Part shown: in pieces, positions 57,926 to 64,000 of the stretch
Layout: each line of letters starts with the position of its first letter
Numbering within the stretch: the stretch's first letter is position 1
IMG/VR virus record: IMGVR_UViG_3300050120_000158
Location: 1 to 64,000 of that record
Source: a virus
Length of the DNA: 64,000 nt
Reading direction: 5' to 3' (one strand)
Position numbers and translations under genes: made by a program
The notes under the pieces: generated by a model
The model's input: the letters and a program-made list of their open reading frames with translations, nothing else
Told to the model about the DNA's origin: nothing
Databases searched by the model: none

Positions 57926-60900
57926 TTATGCGGCCACTGTGGAGTAAGTGCCCGACGCTGCGATTGAGGCGGAAGCACGAGACGCGAGTGTACTATTCAA
58001 GTCATACATATACAAGGAGCGGGTAAAGCTATCCTGCACTATGGCAAGCTCCCAGCGCTGTTCGCCGGTGCCAGAAACCGTCATCGAAATATCGTTCGCT
58101 GGATTGCCGTCACTCAAAAGAAGTCGTGGCCCAGTGTCGTTCTTGTACCAAAGTACCATATGGCTTCCACTATACTGACCTACCTTGGCGAGTTGTAGCG
58201 CTTGATCGAATACGCCAGCGCCAAAGATATCTGATGGTGTAAATCGAACAGTAATTTGCAGGGTAAACGTTGCCGCTACTGAGATAGTGTAGCCGGGTTC
58301 ATCGCAGACAATTGACGTTCCATTATAGGTAGCGCCGACGCCTGTTACATATTTGCCTTGAGTAGCCGCCGTGCCATTAAGCGTTCCGGTGATGCCGATC
58401 TCGAATGACCACACCTCTTGGACTGTTACGGGGTACGTGGCCGCCGCCTTGATCGTGGCAATAAACCAGTTGACTTGAGCGTTCCCCAAATCTAGCAACG
58501 GCTGCCAAGCGACCTGTGCTTGCGGATCGGTCCATAGGAACGTCGCATTCTGCCATTGCGGTGTGGCCGCATCACTGACGAAGTTGTAATCGAACCATGT
58601 TCTGGCGCGAACCTGCGCGTCATCTGGGTAGCCCGTATCAATCTGGAATTCATAGTGCCCCGTCAATACCCCGGCCTGCATTGACAATTCACTGTTATCA
58701 AATCCGCTAGGCGTCATGCCATAGCAGAACCCGGGCCATGCGAGAGCGGATTGATCGTCCGTATAAATAACATTCCTTGTTTGGACCGCGACAAGCAGCA
58801 CCTCGGCAAAGCCCGCATTGAGGCTATACAACCCTACACCGGAAAGCGATTTGATCCAGAACTTACGGTTTTGCGTAAGGGGGTACATGACGTTCGCGGT
58901 GTTGCCCGATACGAGAGCAACCTTTCTGCCGATGGCAAAACTATCGCCTTCCCTTATCTCGTATCGAATATCGGTTCCGTTAACCTTATTCCAGTTGAAA
59001 ATCACTCGGTCATTGTCTTGCGTTGCATAGAAGTTTTGTACGTCATCCGGGGGAGCAACGGAGGTAACAACGGATACCGCATTGACGCTGTAGTGCTTCG
59101 TATCGTCGAGCGCCTTGATGAAGAACGTATGGTTGTTCGTGTCGTTAAGAACAACGAATTCCGTTGTGCCGTTCATCTGTGTGGTAACTAGAGAGCCGCC
59201 ATCCCATGAACTACCTTGGCGGATTTCGTAACCAACCACGTCAAGATCGGCAACAGCATTCCAGCTAAGCTGCACACCGCTGATCGTCCGCGTTGCGGTG
59301 AAGTGCGTAACATCTGCCGGGGGCGCCGATTTTCCAAGGGCCGTATAGCTGATGTAACTAAAAGCCGAGTTTCCACCGATAGTAGCAATCGCCCGAACTC
59401 CGAATGTATAGAGGCCCGGTGTTTCGTCGGTCATCGTGTAGCTAACGTCCGAAGTACCGGACAGTATTTGGAATGGACTGCCCGCGAACGAATATACTAG
59501 CTGATAATAATTGATCCGGGTGTCCGGGACCGGTCCCCACGAAATAGTCAACTTCGTGCGGACTTGGTTGTTCGCCACGTAGATAGCTTCCGAGCAAACA
59601 ATATTTGTCGGCGCAGCAATCTGCGACGTATCGTCGATAAGTTTCTTGGTGGTGATAGCCTGATAGCCGGTCTCAACACGCGCGTATTTGGTTGGGTCAT
59701 ACTCAAGCGCGGAAATTTCGAATGTCTGCGGCGCTATCTCTCTGTTATTGACGATCCTAAACAAGCGCGGAGCTACATCAGTGCCGGTAATAACGAATGG
59801 AACACCATTGTTGGGTGCCGCTGGCAGAGTACCAGCAAGCGGCACTACCGCATATGCGCCGTTCAGTCCCGGCGTAACCGGAACGTCAACCACCGTAACA
59901 AATGAACTATAATAAAGCGTGCCACTTCTAAAGACAGAGAAGTTCTGCCCGGTGCGGCTTGTTCCGGCATAGACGGTTGTGAGTGCGAGACTGCCCGCGC
60001 TGGTTGGCGTGGCCGCGAGTTCATATTGCCTGTTATCACCCTCAAAAATGATTATGTCATTCGCCGCGAGCGGCAAAAGAGAGTTGTTAAACGCGGTGCC
60101 CGATCCATTGATAACGTTGCTGCCGTTCAATACGGCAACGCGGCCCCATGTCGGGATGACGACGCTCATTACATACGTTTCAAGATTACTAAACGTATAC
60201 GGAGCATCCATGGTGACGCTGGTGGCGGTCGCTGATACAACACGACCACCTTGCCTGAGACCGGCGTAAGCGGGATCGCTAACGGATATAATTTCTCCCG
60301 GTACTGCGTCAGCATGGTCCCATCCTGCCCGATAGGTAACAACGTCCGTTGCATATTTCTCGGTATCAAGGGTCCACCGACCCATGCGGCGGGCCTGCCC
60401 TCTCGATGTACATCCGAACGCCGTTATATCGATAGTGATATACCCAAATCGAGCAATAAGATCGGCATCTTCAACAACGTCTACCGTTGGCGTATAGAAA
60501 TTGGCAGGGTCATTCCATGTAACAAGGACGACGGAGTGCCGCGCGTTAAGCGGAACGCCGGTATAGGCAAACCCGCTGCTGAGTACATTGGCACGGGTAA
60601 CAACGCGGCTAACTGGTCCCGGCGCGTCTTGTGACGCCATCACTTGTCCGGTGGCCCAGTAGATCATGCCGCGAAACGTTCCGGCAAACATGTTCAAAAC
60701 ATCATACGCATTACTTTGCGACGTAATCTGCGTATTGAAAACAAAGCGCGGCTCTGTGCCGCCGCGACCGTCCTCGACAAATTCATCGCAATATTTTGCG
60801 ATGGTATAGAGAGTGGAGAAGTCTAGGTAATCATCGTTGATCCACTGCCCCAGCCCGTAACGCTCATGCGTCAAAATATCGAGGAAACACCATACGGGAT

Positions 60901-62068
60901 TGTTCGTCCAAGAGAGCGTGAACGTGCCATCCCATATACCTGTATAGGCCCGGGTGTATGCGTTGTAATTCGACGGAACTCGGATGATCCGGCCGTAAAC
61001 ATCATAGCCGCGCGTCGGTATTCCGTTGCTATCGTACTCTGTGTCCGCTGTAATACCGAACACCATTGAGTCACTGTACATGACTTGGCTATCGATGATC
61101 TCTGTATAACTCGCAAAAGTGATCTGGTCCTGCGTGTAAGTCGCATAATTCGCCGCGCCGTTAAAGTCGGTCGCATCCGGGGTAATTCTGATGACACGGA
61201 TTTCCCATGGAGCGCCGCCCGCAGGAAGCTCCATTCGGTAATCTTCGATAAACCCGGACTCGGTTTTGCCGGTCAGATTAATCCATGCGTTTAAGTTATG
61301 GTAGGCGTTATAATTTCCAAGTCGGCCAACGCCGTTGCCGAACGTCTCAGATAGCGTCGTCTCGTACTGTGCATAGGGTATCGCAAGGGCGCTAAACTCT
61401 GGATAAAACGTTGTTGCCGCGCCAGCGTTGACCCCGGCATAGGTGCCGCCAACAATCCATGTAGGGCTACCTAGTGGGCGATAATAGAAAATAAGGTTGT
61501 ACTGGCCGCCCGCAGGCACGTCCAATGATGTCATGCATTTAACGCCATCGGTCGGCCCCGACGGATTTGAAGTATACCGTATGAAAGACGAGTCATAATA
61601 ACCGGTAGTCCACTGCCCTCCATAGCTCATGTATTGGAGTTGAAACAGAACCGTAGTCGGGTTCGCGTCCCCGTTCGCGTCACCTTTGACAAAATTGCCG
61701 ACGCTGATTTTGATCCTGACCGCGCTAACATTCGCGTTTTGAACGGTCTGGACGATTGGGCCATTATTCGCCTTGACGATTTGCCCAACCTGCACCTCGT
61801 TCTCGACATCGGAAAATCCCGTCATGATGGATTGTTCGGGATAGCCTAGACGCCAATCCGCCGTCACCCCCAAAACGCTGAATACCCCATCCGTAGGGCT
61901 TTGTAGAGGCACCCTATTGAAGTAGATAGAAGACAATCCGGCGGCGGGGCCAACGCACGGCCCTTCGGACACAAGATCGAGGCAACGCACAAGCGTTTTC
62001 GACATGAGTGTATCGGCGGCAACATAACCAGTAGAGCCGCCGCTGCTGCCGCCAAAAAGACCACCCAT
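57926..62068 (-). CDS. tail tip/host specificity protein J
   Basis: DLVSEGP; WDGTF...WTNNPVW..DILT..RYGLG; GCTSRGQARR.GRW. Confidence 0.92.
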   Translation of the reverse strand: MGGLFGGSSGGSTGYVAADTLMSKTLVRCLDLVSEGPCVGPAAGLSSIYFNRVPLQSPTDGVFSVLGVTADWRLGYPEQSIMTGFSDVENEVQVGQIVKANNGPIVQTVQNANVSAVRIKISVGNFVKGDANGDANPTTVLFQLQYMSYGGQWTTGYYDSSFIRYTSNPSGPTDGVKCMTSLDVPAGGQYNLIFYYRPLGSPTWIVGGTYAGVNAGAATTFYPEFSALAIPYAQYETTLSETFGNGVGRLGNYNAYHNLNAWINLTGKTESGFIEDYRMELPAGGAPWEIRVIRITPDATDFNGAANYATYTQDQITFASYTEIIDSQVMYSDSMVFGITADTEYDSNGIPTRGYDVYGRIIRVPSNYNAYTRAYTGIWDGTFTLSWTNNPVWCFLDILTHERYGLGQWINDDYLDFSTLYTIAKYCDEFVEDGRGGTEPRFVFNTQITSQSNAYDVLNMFAGTFRGMIYWATGQVMASQDAPGPVSRVVTRANVLSSGFAYTGVPLNARHSVVLVTWNDPANFYTPTVDVVEDADLIARFGYITIDITAFGCTSRGQARRMGRWTLDTEKYATDVVTYRAGWDHADAVPGEIISVSDPAYAGLRQGGRVVSATATSVTMDAPYTFSNLETYVMSVVIPTWGRVAVLNGSNVINGSGTAFNNSLLPLAANDIIIFEGDNRQYELAATPTSAGSLALTTVYAGTSRTGQNFSVFRSGTLYYSSFVTVVDVPVTPGLNGAYAVVPLAGTLPAAPNNGVPFVITGTDVAPRLFRIVNNREIAPQTFEISALEYDPTKYARVETGYQAITTKKLIDDTSQIAAPTNIVCSEAIYVANNQVRTKLTISWGPVPDTRINYYQLVYSFAGSPFQILSGTSDVSYTMTDETPGLYTFGVRAIATIGGNSAFSYISYTALGKSAPPADVTHFTATRTISGVQLSWNAVADLDVVGYEIRQGSSWDGGSLVTTQMNGTTEFVVLNDTNNHTFFIKALDDTKHYSVNAVSVVTSVAPPDDVQNFYATQDNDRVIFNWNKVNGTDIRYEIREGDSFAIGRKVALVSGNTANVMYPLTQNRKFWIKSLSGVGLYSLNAGFAEVLLVAVQTRNVIYTDDQSALAWPGFCYGMTPSGFDNSELSMQAGVLTGHYEFQIDTGYPDDAQVRARTWFDYNFVSDAATPQWQNATFLWTDPQAQVAWQPLLDLGNAQVNWFIATIKAAATYPVTVQEVWSFEIGITGTLNGTAATQGKYVTGVGATYNGTSIVCDEPGYTISVAATFTLQITVRFTPSDIFGAGVFDQALQLAKVGQYSGSHMVLWYKNDTGPRLLLSDGNPANDISMTVSGTGEQRWELAIVQDSFTRSLYMYDLNSTLASRASASIAASGTYSTVAA

Positions 62069-62080
62069 CTATTTTATTCC

Positions 62081-62857
62081 TTAAGCCACTAGCCCAACGG
62101 CAGGTTGTTGCGGTATTGCAAACGTAAGGCTGTTCTCTGTTGGTGGAGATGAAACAACCGCGAGTGTCACCGGATTAAGCGACTCATTGTACAGCCCGGC
62201 GCTAACTACTACGGAACCAGCGATAACGCGACCGTAGACCAAGGGTACGCATACCCCCTCTGTATCTGTGTTGGCCGCGCCATTGAACGTGAAGCTACTG
62301 TAATTTTGGCCCGCCGCTGGCGTTAACATAATCGATATGCCTGCGAGCGCGATTGCGGTACCGGCCAGCGCAAGGGTGCCCCATGACATGCCACCAAAAA
62401 TCGACGTGCCGGGAATAGCTGCGCCCATGCCGCCCATGAAACCAGCGGTCGAAGAAGCACCAACCGCGCTTGCGGCGTCCGCACCAAACAAGCCGCCAGC
62501 CGCCGCTCCGCCCGTCAAGGCAATAGCCAAGATCGAGACCCCGATGATCGCCATAACCATTCCCTTGCCCATACCAGAGCCGGATATTGCGGGAATGAAA
62601 TGGATCGTGCCGTCTGGAAAATAGAAGTCCAAAAAGTTGTCATTACAGTAAATGCCGTGATTGGGCTCGCCAACGACAACATGGTACGAACCATGCTGCA
62701 ATGCCCCGCTGAATACCTTCGGGAAGTTGGCCTCAAGCAATCGCACTGCCTGCGAGGGGCTTTTGACCGCAAGCAGAAATTCCGACTGGCCAACAGCGTC
62801 GGCAAGGTGACCGTGCAGGACGACTTTACGCCTGCGCTGCGCTAAGGGTGCTGTCAT
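62081..62857 (-). CDS. tail assembly protein I
   Basis: LHGHL; IHFIPAISG; VPLVYGR..GSVVVS. Confidence 0.88.
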   Translation of the reverse strand: MTAPLAQRRRKVVLHGHLADAVGQSEFLLAVKSPSQAVRLLEANFPKVFSGALQHGSYHVVVGEPNHGIYCNDNFLDFYFPDGTIHFIPAISGSGMGKGMVMAIIGVSILAIALTGGAAAGGLFGADAASAVGASSTAGFMGGMGAAIPGTSIFGGMSWGTLALAGTAIALAGISIMLTPAAGQNYSSFTFNGAANTDTEGVCVPLVYGRVIAGSVVVSAGLYNESLNPVTLAVVSSPPTENSLTFAIPQQPAVGLVA

Positions 62858-63645
62858 GTTGCAGGTTCCTGCAAGGATTTGTGGCGGAATGAGTGGGTCG
62901 AGAACTTACGCCAGTTATACACGCTTTCATCGGTCGATAGTCGTGGCCGCGTTACTGAACCGTGCAGATGGTGGCGCACCAGTCCGTTCCCCAAATACAC
63001 ACCACAATGATTAGTCGTGGGGGCGGTGGTAAGTTTACAGATCATTGCATCGCCGGGCTGCATATCTAAGAAGCCGATTTCGAAGAACCCCGCTTCTTGG
63101 AAATGGGTCAAGAACATGTTGCTGTCCGTGGCTCCGTGAGCCTGATCCCACCACTGATCCTGCCGTGGGAAGTTCGGCAAAAGGATGTTGTACTTGTTCC
63201 TGTAGTGGTCGCGGCCCAGTGCGTAGCAGTCATAAACACCATGAATAAACGGGCGGCCTATCTCAGGTGCAATCGGAACATCGTCGCCAAAGAAAACAAC
63301 GTCGATAACGTTGCTATGCCCCATGACGATAATGCCGAACGGTATCTTTGCGGTGATCTGCTTTTCCATGTCGTGGAAACTCGGGCACCGCTGCCCGCGA
63401 GGATGCGAGTGCATCACCGCCTGTAAAGACCCATGTTTCTCGATAAGCATAACGAGTTCAACCGGGTTAACTTCAAAGCTTTCTTGCGGGAGCGGATGGA
63501 CATTTGCCATGGGGAAGTATTCGCCGCCCACAACCGCTCCGCAGCTTTCATTCGGAAAGGCTTTCAGCGCATGGTCCATAGCATCGTGGACCGCACTCTC
63601 AGGGACCGGATACAGCCCTTGTTGTCTCTGCCAGAATTGGTACAT
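62854..63645 (-). CDS. tail assembly protein K (JAB plus NlpC/P60)
   Basis: PNESCG; HSHP; DCY; HCGVYLG. Confidence 0.9.
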   Translation of the reverse strand: MYQFWQRQQGLYPVPESAVHDAMDHALKAFPNESCGAVVGGEYFPMANVHPLPQESFEVNPVELVMLIEKHGSLQAVMHSHPRGQRCPSFHDMEKQITAKIPFGIIVMGHSNVIDVVFFGDDVPIAPEIGRPFIHGVYDCYALGRDHYRNKYNILLPNFPRQDQWWDQAHGATDSNMFLTHFQEAGFFEIGFLDMQPGDAMICKLTTAPTTNHCGVYLGNGLVRHHLHGSVTRPRLSTDESVYNWRKFSTHSFRHKSLQEPAT

Positions 63646-63646
63646 A

Positions 63647-64000
63647 TTATGATTGTCCTCCGAATTGTCCTATCCCGAAGAATGCCCACGTAGGCAATGG
63701 GGCACTCCCGAAGCGTGCTTTGCACCCAACTTGATCTTTTCCGCATACGTCATTGGCTGGGGTAGTCGGCTGGCCATATACGTCGAAACACGCAACTCCC
63801 GCATACGGGCACTGCGCATTCGTATAATCAAAGGTTCCATTGTTGGCGTTGTACGCACGATAAAATCTCTTGCAATAATTCCTCAAAACCTTTCGGTTGG
63901 GGAGTTGCTGGCCCTCAACGTCGATGGCCGCCTGCAATTGAAATTCAATCTGCAACTTATCCGAGTTAACCTTCTGAGCAACTAGAAAGATATCCGGGGG
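63647..64000 (-). CDS. minor tail protein L (partial, runs off window)
   Basis: C.Y.G..C..D..CGK...CKARFG. Confidence 0.85.
   Translation of the reverse strand, partial: PPDIFLVAQKVNSDKLQIEFQLQAAIDVEGQQLPNRKVLRNYCKRFYRAYNANNGTFDYTNAQCPYAGVACFDVYGQPTTPANDVCGKDQVGCKARFGSAPLPTWAFFGIGQFGGQS

Larger units (their letters stand above)
229..62874. repeat. Dispersed 16-bp palindrome KTGCAGG(AA/TT)CCTGCAM, 30 copies
   Basis: Copies start at 229, 1684, 3117*, 3950*, 5120, 9167*, 10462, 11591, 13424, 15537, 18491, 19577, 21675, 23989, 27389, 29906, 31623, 34253, 34867, 38708, 40578, 42649, 44936, 46886, 48304, 50186, 52698, 54145, 56812, 62859 (* = variant TTGCAGGAACCCGCAA). Confidence 0.97.

Noticed and set aside
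53207-62068. Diversity-generating retroelement or invertible tail cassette
   Set aside because: No reverse transcriptase, TR/VR pair or invertase seen in the window
229-62874. Palindromes as a CRISPR array, IS ends or terminators
   Set aside because: Spacing is in kilobases, there is no transposase or target duplication, the 2-nt loop is too short, there is no U-tract, and many copies lie inside genes

Overview
The window is part of a temperate tailed-phage genome with a lambda-like siphovirus tail tip. The host is probably a Rhizobiales/Bradyrhizobium-like alphaproteobacterium, inferred from a DUF3309 gene and a DUF6538-type integrase. Nearly all genes lie on the minus strand. From right to left: tail tip (L, K, I, J) and tail fibres; lysis cassette (DUF3380 endolysin, holins, spanins); a Ycf46-like AAA+/DUF1257/DUF2997 module; a tyrosine integrase beside an intact attP whose core matches a tRNA-Ser 3' end; a self-contained replication/recombination region (O-like initiator with internal ori, DnaC-like, DnaB, UDG-fused PolA, primase, SSB, intein-split SF2 helicase, RecA, Cas4-like nuclease, two resolvases); many small hypothetical genes; and a mostly non-coding 1.85-4.45 kb region. 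Seven HNH-type genes, one LAGLIDADG gene and one intein are present. The strongest unexplained signal is a 16-bp palindrome, (T/G)TGCAGG-AA/TT-CCTGCA(A/C), found 30 times at about 2 kb spacing, both between genes and inside genes in different reading frames. A second signal is a short basic-hydrophobic terminal peptide on about 20 non-virion proteins. Together these may indicate an undescribed genome-marking and protein-docking system. All product calls come from motif recognition by eye, not database searches.
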